The position numbers were made by a program, and so were the translations under genes. DNA of 64,000 bases, taken from positions 192,001 to 256,000 of the forward strand of contig CAVOHZ010000010.1 in NCBI GenBank assembly GCA_963695855.1, in the 5' to 3' direction. Positions 1-11,195 of this stretch are shown piece after piece. The stretch comes from an uncultured Nitrososphaerales archaeon (lineage in GTDB: Archaea; Thermoproteota; Nitrososphaeria; Nitrososphaerales; Nitrososphaeraceae). The notes under the pieces are model-generated. The model was not told the origin of the DNA, did not search any database, and saw only the letters and a list, made by a program, of their open reading frames with translations. The stretch's first letter is position 1. Every line of letters begins with the position of its first letter.

Positions 1-196
1 TTGGAGTTTTTTCTTTATCATCTAATGTCATTATTTGAATTTGACCTGCTTTAAAACCAGCAAAACCCAAAAGAGAATTCTTCTCTGTGTGTTGTTCTGG
101 CCATGTTCTAATTCTTGCTTCAAGACTTTTAGCTCTTACTCTAGGATAAAACGCTAGACTACCACGCCTTGGAGCACTGTACTTTCTATGACCCAT
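1..196 (-). CDS. rpl3: 50S ribosomal protein L3, 5' part (runs off the window start)
   Basis: Manual translation from ATG at 196: MGHRKYSAPRRGSLAFYPRVRAKSLEARIRTWP...LLGFAGFKAG, the archaeal L3 N-terminus. Confidence 0.95.
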   Translation of the reverse strand, partial: MGHRKYSAPRRGSLAFYPRVRAKSLEARIRTWPEQHTEKNSLLGFAGFKAGQIQIMTLDDKEKTP

Positions 197-341
197 GGAT
201 ACAGCAAAAAACCTCCCGATCCCATTAATAAATTTATATCCCGATGTCAGTCAAAAAGAGTATTTAATTTAGATTTCCACCAAGTTCTTAACTAGGTTAT
301 ATTTTTATTTTAATTAATTAATAGGATTCAGATTTATCATA

Positions 342-1397
342 TCATTTTAAAAGATAATTCAGGATGGATAAAGAGCCCAAAACTGCTTCTTCTAATCTTA
401 CCGTCTCAGTATGTTGATTTGGAAAGAGATTAGAATAAATGCAAGACTTTCTTGTAGCTAATTGTTCAATATTAGGATAAATTTCATCTAAACCTTTAGT
501 AGGAGAGCCGAAAACAATCAAGAGATTATCATAATGCGTTATTAATTCTTTGAATCTTGCCTCATTATCTTTAAAACGTCCTCCTTTTCTAGAGGTCAAG
601 AGAATGAATGTATTTTTATCTTCTTGTCTGAAAATGTGATTTAAAGAGGGAACAATTGAAACTTTATAACCCCAATAGATATTTTCCAAATCTTCCTTGA
701 AAGCTTGTACGGCCTTAATATTTGGGTACTTTCCAATAATCTTTATATCAACTCTCTGTCCAAGAAGATCATTATTGCCATAAAAAGGAATTAAATAATC
801 TAATCCAATATCAACATACATATCGGTTTGATTATTATTTTTATTGTGCCAAAATTTCACCGTTCTAAAATCATTAGGAAATTCAAATGAGAGATCTGTT
901 CTTATTCTTTTATTAAATGAATTATTATCCATTTTTCTGTCTATACGTTTTGAGAAATCTTTACGATCCGCTTTATTTACTAGAAACCCGATTCTCAATT
1001 CGCCTTCTTTAATCTGCTCCAGAGGAATTTTTTTCTTATGATGAGGAGACTTTATGGGATCTAATAGTCCAGCAAATTTTAATTCATTGCAAATCGGATA
1101 TAAAGCCTTCCGCAAATACTGAGGCGTATCTAAATATTCTAAAATTAATTTCAAAATGTTAGATTCATCCCCAATTACGTGTATATCATTTTCATGTCTA
1201 TTTTTCTTAAATTTATTTACACTATATTGTCTCAGTTTATTGTCTTTATAGATAAATATTTTTTTTACCCCAAAAATAGAGAACGCCCGTGCAAACCTTG
1301 ATATCTTAATAGTTTTATCTCGTAATGTTTCTTCATCGATAAGCGATGAGCTTGGAATTGCAACATTAATATTTATACATCTATTATGGAAATTCAT
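342..1397 (-). CDS. SPOUT-family RNA methyltransferase (DUF171 type)
   Basis: AIPSS...TIKISRFARAFSIFGV, YLDTPQYLRK, VFGSP, FPNQHTETVRLEEA; typical position upstream of rpl3. Confidence 0.9.
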   Translation of the reverse strand: MNFHNRCININVAIPSSSLIDEETLRDKTIKISRFARAFSIFGVKKIFIYKDNKLRQYSVNKFKKNRHENDIHVIGDESNILKLILEYLDTPQYLRKALYPICNELKFAGLLDPIKSPHHKKKIPLEQIKEGELRIGFLVNKADRKDFSKRIDRKMDNNSFNKRIRTDLSFEFPNDFRTVKFWHNKNNNQTDMYVDIGLDYLIPFYGNNDLLGQRVDIKIIGKYPNIKAVQAFKEDLENIYWGYKVSIVPSLNHIFRQEDKNTFILLTSRKGGRFKDNEARFKELITHYDNLLIVFGSPTKGLDEIYPNIEQLATRKSCIYSNLFPNQHTETVRLEEAVLGSLSILNYLLK

Positions 1398-2056
1398 TCA
1401 TTTACGAGCTTATCTATAAGATCATGCAGAATATTGTTTGTTCCAAACGATACATTTCTCAAGATGCCTTTTCTATCTACGAGAATCACAGAAGGAGTTC
1501 CCTGTAACTTGTATGTTTCAAAAGTCATAGCAGAATATTCTTTATTTCGTAAATAATGTTTAACCCTTTCAAAAAGAATCTTTTTATCCGAATCATGATA
1601 GGAATTGTAATTTTCAATGTTTGCTTCCATAAAATCTATGACATAATTATCAGAGAAATTTCGCTCCATTCTTTTTAGAATATCCATACCCACAGGAAAG
1701 GGAATCTTATATTGTAGTTTGTTACTTTCTATCAATTGTCCATACTGTCTCAAGGCATTCAGAGTGTCGCCAATAACCTCGCCAGAACTCAATAACAATC
1801 TTAGATTGTCAAGAGTATTTTTATCGTAGTCTTCGAAAGCAGTAGCTAATCCTAGAACAATAACGTCGTCTCTAGAATATTTTTTGTATATTTGTATTGA
1901 ACTTGGGAGAGCGTACATAAAACATCCCGGACAATTGACCTGAAATACCTCTACTAGAATTACTTTTCCGATATTTTTGTCGATATTGGTAGATAAACCT
2001 TGAACCCATTCAGAGACATGAATATTTGGAGCCTTTACTCCAATTTGCACAGTCAA
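1394..2056 (-). CDS. Thioredoxin-fold redoxin (TlpA/AhpC-like)
   Basis: VEVFQVNCPGC CxxC motif, GLATAFE, LQGTPS cis-Pro motif. Confidence 0.8.
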   Translation of the reverse strand: MTVQIGVKAPNIHVSEWVQGLSTNIDKNIGKVILVEVFQVNCPGCFMYALPSSIQIYKKYSRDDVIVLGLATAFEDYDKNTLDNLRLLLSSGEVIGDTLNALRQYGQLIESNKLQYKIPFPVGMDILKRMERNFSDNYVIDFMEANIENYNSYHDSDKKILFERVKHYLRNKEYSAMTFETYKLQGTPSVILVDRKGILRNVSFGTNNILHDLIDKLVNE

Positions 2057-2111
2057 TGTAAATCAAATAATTGTATAATAATAATAAAAATGATCGGTTA
2101 AATAAAATTTA

Positions 2112-2861
2112 TTATGGCGATGGTTTATCCTTAGGATTTGTTGGATTTTCTTTAGCTAATTTTGAAAATTTCTCAATCTCTTGATCCGTTACTTTTCTCA
2201 TTATTTTGCTATCTTTTTCTATAATTGACATTTTCACATGAGAAATTCCAACCTTTTCATCGCTTACCATATTGATAGATTCTAAAGCCAATTTTCCGAC
2301 TTCGTCAAGAGATAGATTGTGTTTATAGGCTTTTTCAAGAAACTCGTTTACTTCATCACTTCCTTGTCCAATTGCGATGGCTTCATATCCTATAAAAGTA
2401 CCACTTGGGTCTGTCAGGAATAATTCTCCTCCTACTTCATCAACTCCTGCTATGATCAATGCTACACCATATGGACGAACTCCCGCATATTGCGTCAATT
2501 GTTGAGACATATCTGCGATATTCTTTGCTACTACTTCAACGTCCACCGGTTCATCATATATTAATTTATTACTTTGAGCGAAAAATCTGGCATGATCTAC
2601 TTGAGCCCTTGCATCAGGAATATATCCTGCGGCAGCAACCCCAATATGATCATCAATTTGAAAAATCTTCTGTGTGACGTCAGAAACCTGCAATTTACGA
2701 GTTTTTTCTTCGACTGCCAAGAGAACACCCTCTTTACATTTTATTCCGATAGCTAGTGTTCCTCTTCTGACTGTTTCAATTGCATATTCAACCTGATACA
2801 ATCTCCCATCAGGAGAAAATACCGTTATAGCTCTATCATATCCTGCTGCTGCTGGTAACAA
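2112..2861 (-). CDS. psmA: Proteasome subunit alpha
   Basis: GYDRAITVFSPDGRLYQVEYA signature; RPYGV; TDPSG. Confidence 0.97.
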   Translation of the reverse strand: MLPAAAGYDRAITVFSPDGRLYQVEYAIETVRRGTLAIGIKCKEGVLLAVEEKTRKLQVSDVTQKIFQIDDHIGVAAAGYIPDARAQVDHARFFAQSNKLIYDEPVDVEVVAKNIADMSQQLTQYAGVRPYGVALIIAGVDEVGGELFLTDPSGTFIGYEAIAIGQGSDEVNEFLEKAYKHNLSLDEVGKLALESINMVSDEKVGISHVKMSIIEKDSKIMRKVTDQEIEKFSKLAKENPTNPKDKPSP

Positions 2862-2924
2862 TGCGATATTACTACTTTGTAGTGTTTAATTTAAATTTAC
2901 CTTATTGACCGATTCTAGTCTGTA

Positions 2925-3350
2925 ATGATATCTGATGAGATAATTTATTATGGGCATCCAAATGTCTTGGGATTGCATCCGAGGGCAATAGAGATAACAA
3001 AAGACACTTACCTTACTAAAAGCGGCGACTGTATAATAGGAATTAATTCTAACAAAGGTTGCAGTGATATCGATACAAAGTTAAAAAAATTAATGCAAGA
3101 TGACGAGATAAAAATAAAATTTGAATTCATAGTAGAGGGTTCATCTTTCGAGGTCTTCGGTCGTGGAAATAGAAATCTAACATTAGAAAATAAAAATGAT
3201 ATTGTAATCAGAACAACTAATTTTGTGTGTCCCAGGACGATATCAGTAAGATGCGATAGAGGTTCAAATAATATACCACGAGAGATTATTTCATATTTGC
3301 AAAAAAAAAATACTAAAGGAATTTTAACGATATCCGTAGATGATTACTAA
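2925..3350 (+). CDS. DUF371 family protein
   Basis: GHPNV...H..AIEITKD..LT..GDCIIGI, DIVIRTTNF. Confidence 0.85.
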   Translation: MISDEIIYYGHPNVLGLHPRAIEITKDTYLTKSGDCIIGINSNKGCSDIDTKLKKLMQDDEIKIKFEFIVEGSSFEVFGRGNRNLTLENKNDIVIRTTNFVCPRTISVRCDRGSNNIPREIISYLQKKNTKGILTISVDDY

Positions 3351-3373
3351 AATCTTAAAAAAGGATTTTATTG

Positions 3374-4276
3374 TCAATAATCAGAAGTGGGCAACTGATC
3401 ATTATATTTCTGTCCTGTTAATTTTTCATAAGCAAAAATGTATCTTTGCGAAATCTTATTGATTAGATCACCTGGAAGTATAGGAGGTTCCGGTTTTTTT
3501 CCCTTGATAGCAAATTCATCAACTTGCTTTTTATAACCTATTTGGATTAACCAATCTCTTAACAATTGTTTATCATAGCTATCTTGGGTCCGTCCTTCCT
3601 GATACAGATCTTTTTTCCATAATCTAAATTCATCAGGCCCTACTGAATCTCCAAGAATGATATCTCCACGCTTATTAAATCCAAACTCGAATTTCACATC
3701 AGAAATAATGAAACCTGAATTTTCGATAATTTTATTCATCTGATTGTACAATGAAATTGATTTATCCTTAACGTACTCAAAATCTTTTTCAGAAAGGATA
3801 TTAGAGGAAATAATCTGTTTTTTTGAAATCTCAACATCATGATCATGAGATTTAGTACTTGGATCAAAAATCGGATAAGGTAATTTCGATGCCAATACAG
3901 GATTAAAATTGGGAGGTAGTATGGACCTCGCGTGGTTTGATTTTGTTTTATTGGGATTATTAAACCTCTCAACTATACTTCCATAGAAATATCCTCTTAC
4001 TATGCATTCAATGGGTATCATGGTAAGTTTTTCCACAAGTAATTTGTTTTTATCTATTACACTTATCATATGATTGCTAACATTCAAGTGTTTAAACCAA
4101 AAATCTGTAAATTTACACAAAATATTTCCTTTTTCAGGAATCTCTTGATTCATTATTACATCAAATGCAGAAATTCTGTCTGAAAAAACAAAAATTAATC
4201 TTTCTTTGCTATTAGGGTCTTCAGAGTCTGATCCTTCGTATACATCCTTTACCTTACCCTTATGAATTAATTTCAA
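3374..4276 (-). CDS. purC: SAICAR synthetase
   Basis: GKVKDVY, SDRISAFD, IPIECIVRGY, DVKFEFG, PDEFRLW, SYDKQ. Confidence 0.96.
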   Translation of the reverse strand: MKLIHKGKVKDVYEGSDSEDPNSKERLIFVFSDRISAFDVIMNQEIPEKGNILCKFTDFWFKHLNVSNHMISVIDKNKLLVEKLTMIPIECIVRGYFYGSIVERFNNPNKTKSNHARSILPPNFNPVLASKLPYPIFDPSTKSHDHDVEISKKQIISSNILSEKDFEYVKDKSISLYNQMNKIIENSGFIISDVKFEFGFNKRGDIILGDSVGPDEFRLWKKDLYQEGRTQDSYDKQLLRDWLIQIGYKKQVDEFAIKGKKPEPPILPGDLINKISQRYIFAYEKLTGQKYNDQLPTSDY

Positions 4277-4342
4277 TGTACATGATATGATGAGAAAATA
4301 TCTTTTTATAAATATCTATAATCACACATACTATCTATTATA

Positions 4343-5140
4343 ATGGATTCTTCAAGAAACCTGGACCTTAATCAAAACGAGAGAAAAAGTAGAATAAGAT
4401 TAAAGTATTTTTTCGTCTACCAGATTTTCTTAATAGCATATCTAACTGGAGTTCTATGGTTAAGGAGAAATCCTCTCTCCCTAGTTTTTTCTGCTATTAC
4501 ACCATTTTCAATACTATTTGTATTGTTAGTAATTAGTGACGGACAATATTCAAAATATGCGGTTTCTGGAAGTCTAGTCATGGCATTAGTAGGATATGGA
4601 CTTGCATTGGGTCAGGATATCTCATATTACAAGACAGAATACAAAATTCAAGAAGTTTTTGTTGCCTCTCCAGTTTCATCTCTGACATATATGACAGGAC
4701 TTGCGTTATCTGAAATACTTTTTGGACTTCCAGCTCTTGTAATTTTAATATTAATGCTATTTTATTTTGGTCTCTCTATATCTTTTCTTCCTTTGTTGAT
4801 TTTTACGGTCCTAGTAATATGGATATCAACATCTGCGATGGGGTTCTTTTTATCCTCAAGAATGCTGTATATGAAAAATGCAACTCAGATCATATCGTTT
4901 GTAAATGTACTTCTTGCAGTTCTTCCGCCAGTATTCTATTCAATAGAAAAATTGCCTGACTGGCTTCAAACTTTTGCATATATAGTACCCACCACACATG
5001 CATCATTGATGATCCAGTATTCAATGGGTTTAAAAATACCAGAAGAATGGAGCATTTGGACTGGGATTTTTGTTGAGATTGTATATGCAACTGCCTTCAT
5101 ATTTTTAGCAAAAACTAAAGCAATTTGGAGAGACTCATGA
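4343..5140 (+). CDS. ABC-2 type transporter permease
   Basis: About six hydrophobic segments; PPVFYSIEKLPDWLQTFAYIVPTT typical ABC-2 C-terminal motif. Confidence 0.85.
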   Translation: MDSSRNLDLNQNERKSRIRLKYFFVYQIFLIAYLTGVLWLRRNPLSLVFSAITPFSILFVLLVISDGQYSKYAVSGSLVMALVGYGLALGQDISYYKTEYKIQEVFVASPVSSLTYMTGLALSEILFGLPALVILILMLFYFGLSISFLPLLIFTVLVIWISTSAMGFFLSSRMLYMKNATQIISFVNVLLAVLPPVFYSIEKLPDWLQTFAYIVPTTHASLMIQYSMGLKIPEEWSIWTGIFVEIVYATAFIFLAKTKAIWRDS

Positions 5141-5199
5141 GCTTATAGATTATGTTGTATGATAGCAATTTTGATCTTTTAGGTAAGTGGAGCCGTGAG

Positions 5200-5274
5200 A
5201 GGTCATGGTGGGATTTGGACCCACGACCTAAGGTTTACAAAACCTTCGCTCTAGCCAGGCTGAGCTACATGACC
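5200..5274 (-). tRNA. tRNA-Thr(TGT)
   Basis: Reverse complement GGTCATG-TAGCTCAGCCTGGCTAGAGC-G-AAGGT-TTTGTAA-ACCTT-AGGTC-GTGGG-TCCAAAT-CCCAC-CATGACC folds as a cloverleaf with anticodon TGT; no intron, no encoded CCA. Confidence 0.93.
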
Positions 5275-5359
5275 AGAAATTCTTTCGAATTTTTATAACA
5301 ACTATATTTAAATCTTTAATAATTAAAACGTATTTAAGTAAAAGATTTTAAGATATTAG

Positions 5360-5629
5360 TTGTCAGTGGGAAAAGATTATACAGTTTTAGTCACTATTGA
5401 AAATAAAAAATTTATAAATGATCCTGAAGGAAAGACAATACTCCAAGATCTTATTTTAAAAAGTCAATATCTACAGATTAAATCCGTTAGAACTGCAAAA
5501 GTTTTAAAGTTGACGGTAGACGCAGAAACAGCCAATGAAGCTACTGAAATCGTAAAAAAAATGTGTGACGATCTCAGAATATTCAATCCAATAGTAAGCG
5601 ACTGCAAAGTTTCAATTTCGGATCAATAA
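5360..5629 (+). CDS. purS: FGAM synthase subunit PurS
   Basis: INDPEGKTI, VRTAK, IFNPIV; near purQ/purL. Confidence 0.93.
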   Translation: MSVGKDYTVLVTIENKKFINDPEGKTILQDLILKSQYLQIKSVRTAKVLKLTVDAETANEATEIVKKMCDDLRIFNPIVSDCKVSISDQ

Positions 5630-5772
5630 AAGTAAAAATAATAAAAAAATAGAATCTTACATCTCAATCAGATTTTATTAAAAATCAACCAAGATAGCAT
5701 TTCAATCTTTTAGATAAGATCTTTAGATTCCTATGTAACATATTTAAAAAATTTTTTTATTTGATAGCACAT

Positions 5773-6183
5773 TCAGTATGAAGAAAGGGCTCCATTTAAG
5801 AGCAAAATTGTTCTCAGATGTTTGGCCAAGTCTGTAACGGTAACTATTCCAACTAATTTACCACCATCTATTATGGGAAGTCTTCTTATCCTATTATTTA
5901 TCATTCTTTGAACAGCTACTTCTATAGATGTATCAGGTGTTGCATAAGTTCTGATTTTTGACATGATGTGCCCTATCTGAACTTCTGATAATTGTAGTTC
6001 TTTAAGACAAATCTTTTTGATAAAATCTCTTTCCGTTACAATACCAACTGGTTGATCTCCAGATAAAACTATTAGAGAACTTACTCCCTTGTCTGTCATT
6101 ATCTTGGCAGCGTCTAACGCAGAACGTTCTTTTGAGATAGTAACAAGATCTTTGCTCATGATATCCTTTACTTGTTCAGCCAC
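5773..6183 (-). CDS. CBS-domain pair protein
   Basis: VKDIMSK, GIVTERD, IRRLPII, GIVTVTD. Confidence 0.93.
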   Translation of the reverse strand: MAEQVKDIMSKDLVTISKERSALDAAKIMTDKGVSSLIVLSGDQPVGIVTERDFIKKICLKELQLSEVQIGHIMSKIRTYATPDTSIEVAVQRMINNRIRRLPIIDGGKLVGIVTVTDLAKHLRTILLLNGALSSY

Positions 6184-6359
6184 AGACAGTCAATGATAGA
6201 ATAGAAGAAAATCCTTATAATTCTATCAATTCCTATCTAAATTAGAGATTCATTCTCATATTTTACAATGTCATCATAAATAGTGCCACAATAGCTCCAA
6301 ATAAAATAGGGATACGCAAAAATATTAATTATTATCGAATAGCTATTTTACACATTCAT

Positions 6360-7043
6360 ATGCTTAAAATTGGCATCGCTGTCTTCCCTGGTAGTAATTG
6401 TGATAAAGATGTTTATCATGTTATTTCAAATATCTTCAAAATAGAGACTGATTTTATTTGGCATGCCAAGGAGAAAATAACAGGTTATGATGCCATAATA
6501 ATCCCAGGCGGTTTTACATATGGAGATAGACTACGAGCTGGAATTATTGCTGCACACAGTCCCATAATTAGAGAAGTAAAAAGACTAGGAAAAGAAGGTA
6601 CTTTGATTCTAGGTATTTGTAATGGATTTCAAATATTGGTAGAATCAGAATTATTACCTGGAGCCCTTATAACGAATGAATCACTCAAATTCGTGTGCAA
6701 GTGGGCAGACATTCAAGTAAAGAATAGTACTACTCCTTTTACTAATGAATTTACGAAGGGACAAGTTTTTAAAATTCCTCTGGCTCATGGGGAGGGCCGT
6801 TATGTTATTTCAGAAGAGAGATTGAAGGAATTGAAAAAGAAGAACCAAATAGTATTCAGTTACCAGCAAGATAATCCTAACGGATCGTTTGAGTCTATAG
6901 CAGGAGTTTGTAATGAGGTTGGAAATATCATGGGAATGATGCCACATCCTGAAAGATCATGTCAGAGAGAGGTAAGAGGATTTGGACTTGGTAACGAGGC
7001 AATGAAAATTTTTGAATCTTTAATAAAATATTTAAAAAAATAA
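6360..7043 (+). CDS. purQ: FGAM synthase glutaminase subunit PurQ
   Basis: FPGSNCD, PGGFTYGD, GICNGFQ, AHGEG, GMMPHPER. Confidence 0.97.
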   Translation: MLKIGIAVFPGSNCDKDVYHVISNIFKIETDFIWHAKEKITGYDAIIIPGGFTYGDRLRAGIIAAHSPIIREVKRLGKEGTLILGICNGFQILVESELLPGALITNESLKFVCKWADIQVKNSTTPFTNEFTKGQVFKIPLAHGEGRYVISEERLKELKKKNQIVFSYQQDNPNGSFESIAGVCNEVGNIMGMMPHPERSCQREVRGFGLGNEAMKIFESLIKYLKK

Positions 7044-7079
7044 GCTCATAAATGGTAAATTATATGTATTTTATTCTAC

Positions 7080-9322
7080 TTGAATATATTATCAAACTCA
7101 GAATTTAGATACCTTCAAAAAAAATTAGGTAGAAAACCAAACGATCTTGAAAAGGAGATGGTAGGTGCGCAATGGTCCGAACATTGTTCTTATAAATCTT
7201 CTAAAAAATACATCAGGTTACTTCCTAACAAAGGAGAGAGAATTATTGTTGGTCCTGGTTATGACGCAGGTGTAATCGATGTAGGAGACAATCAGGTAAT
7301 TACAATCCATATAGAAAGTCATAACCATCCATCTGCCGTCGAGCCTTATGGAGGAGCTGCCACAGGAGTCGGCGGAGTGATTCGGGACATTATTTCTTTG
7401 GGTACTATGCCGATAGACTCTTTTGAATTCCTTGAGATTTGGTGACATTGATAATGGCCCTAATGTTTTTAAAAGAAATATAGGAAAAAAAAATAATGAT
7501 AAATTTTCTCATTCAAGATGGTTGTTAAAAAATGTTGTTCGTGGAATAGCTGATTACGGAAATTGTATAGGAATACCTACTATTTCTGGGGAGGTAGAGT
7601 TTGATAATTCATTTGAAAATTATTGTTTGGTGGATGTAGCTTCAATCGGTTTTGGAACGAAGGAAAAGATAATTCAAAATAAAGTTGAGGAGAACGATCT
7701 TATTATTTTGGCAGGCGGTTTAACTGGAAGAGATGGAATTCATGGGGCGTCTTTCGCTTCAAAAGAACTAGAAAATGAGGAGGACAAATCTGCAGGTACA
7801 GATTCCAGATCCGTTTCTAGAAAAATTAATTATGGAAGTGACGCGAGAGGCTATTGAAGATAATTTAATCAAGGCAGTAAAAGATCTAGGAGGAGGCGGA
7901 TTATCATGCTGTCTTTCAGAGACATCCAGTAATTTGGAAAAGGGATTCGAAATTGAATTGGAGAATATTCCTACTAAACATCCAGAAATGATTCCGGCTG
8001 AACTAATGATTTCTGAATCACAAGAGAGAATGCTCTTCATCACTAATAATCAAAAGTTAAAGAAATTAGAAAAGATATTTGAAAAATATGAAATCACGTT
8101 TGCAATAATAGGTAAAGTAAAAGGTCACAATGACCTTGTTATATCAAAAGATGGACAACAACTAGCAAAGATGCCTTCTGCTTTGATCGCACATGCACCT
8201 TTATTGAACAGAAGGAGTAGAAAGCCGTCTTATTTAGAAGTAAAAGAAAAGATAAAAAATAAAGTGAGGATCCCTAAAGATCTTGGCTCGGTCCTTTTAA
8301 CTCTACTTTCAAATCCCACGATAGCCTCAAAACAGTGGATATACCAACAATATGACCAAGAAATAGGATTAAGAACAATTTTAAAACCAGGATTTACAGA
8401 TTCTGGAGTTCTAAAATTAAGTGAAGATAAGTTCCTGGCATCGAAACTGGATGGAAATTCGAAGATATGTTACCTTGATCCTTATCATGGAACACTATCA
8501 TGTCTTTCAGAGGCTAAAAGAAATATTATATGTTCTGGTGCAAATCCAATTGGAATAGTTGATCATCTTCAGTTTGGCAATCCAACAAATCCTGAAATAT
8601 TTTGGACATTTAAGAAGAGCATTCAAGCAATAATAAAATTTAGCAAATTTAATAAAATTCCCGTAGTAGGAGGAAAGGTTAGTTTTTATAATGAAACAAA
8701 AAAAGGAGCTATAAAACCATCCCCGGTTATTGGAATGATAGGATTAATAGAAAATAGAAAATATATTACGAAATCCACTCCGGAAGAGGAAGATGTTCTC
8801 TTTATCATAGGAAATACAACTGAAGATATGGGCGGATCAGAATATTATGAATATGTTCATAGAATAACAGGAGGAAAAGTTCCAACTGTGGATCTAAAAA
8901 CAGATTTGTTAAATTCAAAAACAGTTTTAGAAGGAATTAAGAAGGGATTGATTAGCTGTGCACACGATTGCTCTAAAGGTGGTCTTGCCATAGCATTGTC
9001 TGAAATGGCGATTGGAAGTGGACGCACCATTCAAATAGATTTAGATAGTATTCCTAATAGCTGCAAAAGGTTAGATAATATGCTCTTCTCTGAAAACCCT
9101 TCAAGATTTATTATTGGTACCGGAAACCCTGAGAAATTAGAAAATTATCTTGAAAAGATAAAAAATCTTAGATTTTCAAAAATAGGAACATCTGGTGCAT
9201 CAAAGATTAGAACCGAAAAAATCATTTTCAAAAGTAGAAATAAAAAAGTCTTAGATATCCAGATTGTAAAGGCACAGAAAAGTTATCAAAGTATATCGGG
9301 TATAATGGATAAAGGAAAATAA
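7080..9322 (+). CDS. purL: FGAM synthase subunit PurL, split into three ORFs by two +1 insertions (about 7417 and 7795)
   Basis: WSEHCSYKSS, ESHNHPS, GAATGVGG, TGRDGIHGASFAS, QIPDPF, DLGGGG, SESQERM, GGKVSFYNE; removing one base at each site gives a continuous frame (PIALLNSLRFG; DKSAVQIPDPF). Confidence 0.92.
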
Positions 9323-9463
9323 ATAATATACCAAAATTGATTTTTCATATTTCAATGTAAAATCATTGAGACTGTGATCCTCAATTATATGGTAGCCTCG
9401 GATTTTTTGTTAAAAACCGATAGTTAAAATATTTTATTGATCCTACTTATTTTGTCTGTCTAC

Positions 9464-10909
9464 ATGTTGAGAGAAAATTGTGGAGTTGTTGGCGCGTTCT
9501 CTCTTGACCAACACAATGTCATTCCAATTATAATTGATTGTTTGAGATCATTACAGCATAGAGGACAAGAAGCCTGGGGAATAGCTATACCAAAAAAGGA
9601 ACCGTTTAAACAACTAGGTCTGGTTTCAAGCTATGCTGACCATTTTAATAATGTCGTTAGAAAATATGCATCTCATGCTGCAATAGGTCATGTAAGATAT
9701 TCTACCTTTGGTAAAAGCAGTATTGAAAATGCACAACCTTTGAAAGTAAAAGATCTGTGTGTTGCTCATAATGGAACTATAGCAAATGTTGAGGAACTTT
9801 CAAACATGGTGGGAGGGTGTACGTTTACACCTCAAACAATGAGTGATACATTAGTTGCTGCCAAGCGACTTGTTGAACACCTCTCGAATAAAATGAACTT
9901 ATTTGAATCAATCAAGATCTTGAAACAAGAAATGATAGGTTCATTCTGTTTTACTTTTTTGACAGATAAAGGTGATGTATACGCTGCAAGGGACACAAAA
10001 GGATTTAGACCTATGGTCCTAGGTTACCACAAAGAAACCAAAACATACATAGTGGCATCAGAATCATGTGCGTTTTCTGCAGTGGGAGCATTTCTTGTTA
10101 GAGATGTAGAACCCGGGGAGTTGATTAAATTAAGTTTTGATGGATTAGAAACTCAGATCTTTTCTTCTGAAAAACCCCATGCACATTGTGCGTTTGAATA
10201 TACATATTTCGCCCATCCGTCTAGCATAATGGAAGGTATCAACATCTATGCAGCAAGAAAGAGAATTGGACACTATCTAGGTAAGAAATTTCCTGTACAA
10301 TCTGCTGACGTAGTGATTCCTGTTCCAGATTCTGCCAGACCTGCAGCCCTCGGTTATGCACAAGAAACAGGATTACCATTTGAAGAAGGATTAGTAAAAG
10401 ATAGACATTCGAGTAAGGGAGTTCTACGTAGTTTTATCGAACCATATCAAGCGGACCGTGTAGAAATTAATGAAGGAATTTTACCAATCGAAGATATAAT
10501 AAAAGGTAAAAATGTTGTCGTTATTGATGACAGCATTATTAGAGGCACCAGCTCAGCAGCTATAATTCAGACCTTAAGAAGCGCAGGGGCAAAAAAGATT
10601 ATAATGATAATAACATATCCTCCTGTTAGGTATCCTTGTTATGCTGGTATTGATTTTCCTTCTATGGAAGAGCTTTTAGCTAATCATAAATTTGACGATA
10701 GGCCAAATGAGAAAAAAATAGATTTGAACATAAAAATCGCAAAGTTAATCGATGCGGACAAGGTATTTTATAACGATACTTCCAATCTTGCAAAAGCAAT
10801 AGGAATTCCAGAAAGAGAATTGTGTTTTACCTGTTCTACTGGAGACTACACATCTTTAGGAATAAAGCCAAAATTTAGATCCAGAGAAGAAGTGAAGGGA
10901 GAAGACTAG
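9464..10909 (+). CDS. purF: Amidophosphoribosyltransferase
   Basis: MLRENCGVVG (ATG 9464), LQHRGQE, GHVRYST, AHNG, CAFEYTYFA, VIDDSIIRGT. Confidence 0.96.
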   Translation: MLRENCGVVGAFSLDQHNVIPIIIDCLRSLQHRGQEAWGIAIPKKEPFKQLGLVSSYADHFNNVVRKYASHAAIGHVRYSTFGKSSIENAQPLKVKDLCVAHNGTIANVEELSNMVGGCTFTPQTMSDTLVAAKRLVEHLSNKMNLFESIKILKQEMIGSFCFTFLTDKGDVYAARDTKGFRPMVLGYHKETKTYIVASESCAFSAVGAFLVRDVEPGELIKLSFDGLETQIFSSEKPHAHCAFEYTYFAHPSSIMEGINIYAARKRIGHYLGKKFPVQSADVVIPVPDSARPAALGYAQETGLPFEEGLVKDRHSSKGVLRSFIEPYQADRVEINEGILPIEDIIKGKNVVVIDDSIIRGTSSAAIIQTLRSAGAKKIIMIITYPPVRYPCYAGIDFPSMEELLANHKFDDRPNEKKIDLNIKIAKLIDADKVFYNDTSNLAKAIGIPERELCFTCSTGDYTSLGIKPKFRSREEVKGED

Positions 10910-11195
10910 GATTTCTTATAAAAAAATGTTACGCCCACCGGTCAATAAATCCGAACAAAACCGCTTAAAAATTACTGCTCCGTCTAACCGTGTTTAGACG
11001 TATCTCTTTATACATAAATAGAAAAAGGTTATTTCCCAGACAATTTGTTAATAATCAATTTGAATTAGAAAACCAGATGTATGAAAAATAGTTCCTGTAC
11101 AATTATAAAAATAATTGATGAGATTTTTTTTCGAATTTAATCCTACAAATGATTTAAAAGAAATTTATATCTTTAAGAAATTTATTTCTTCCTGA

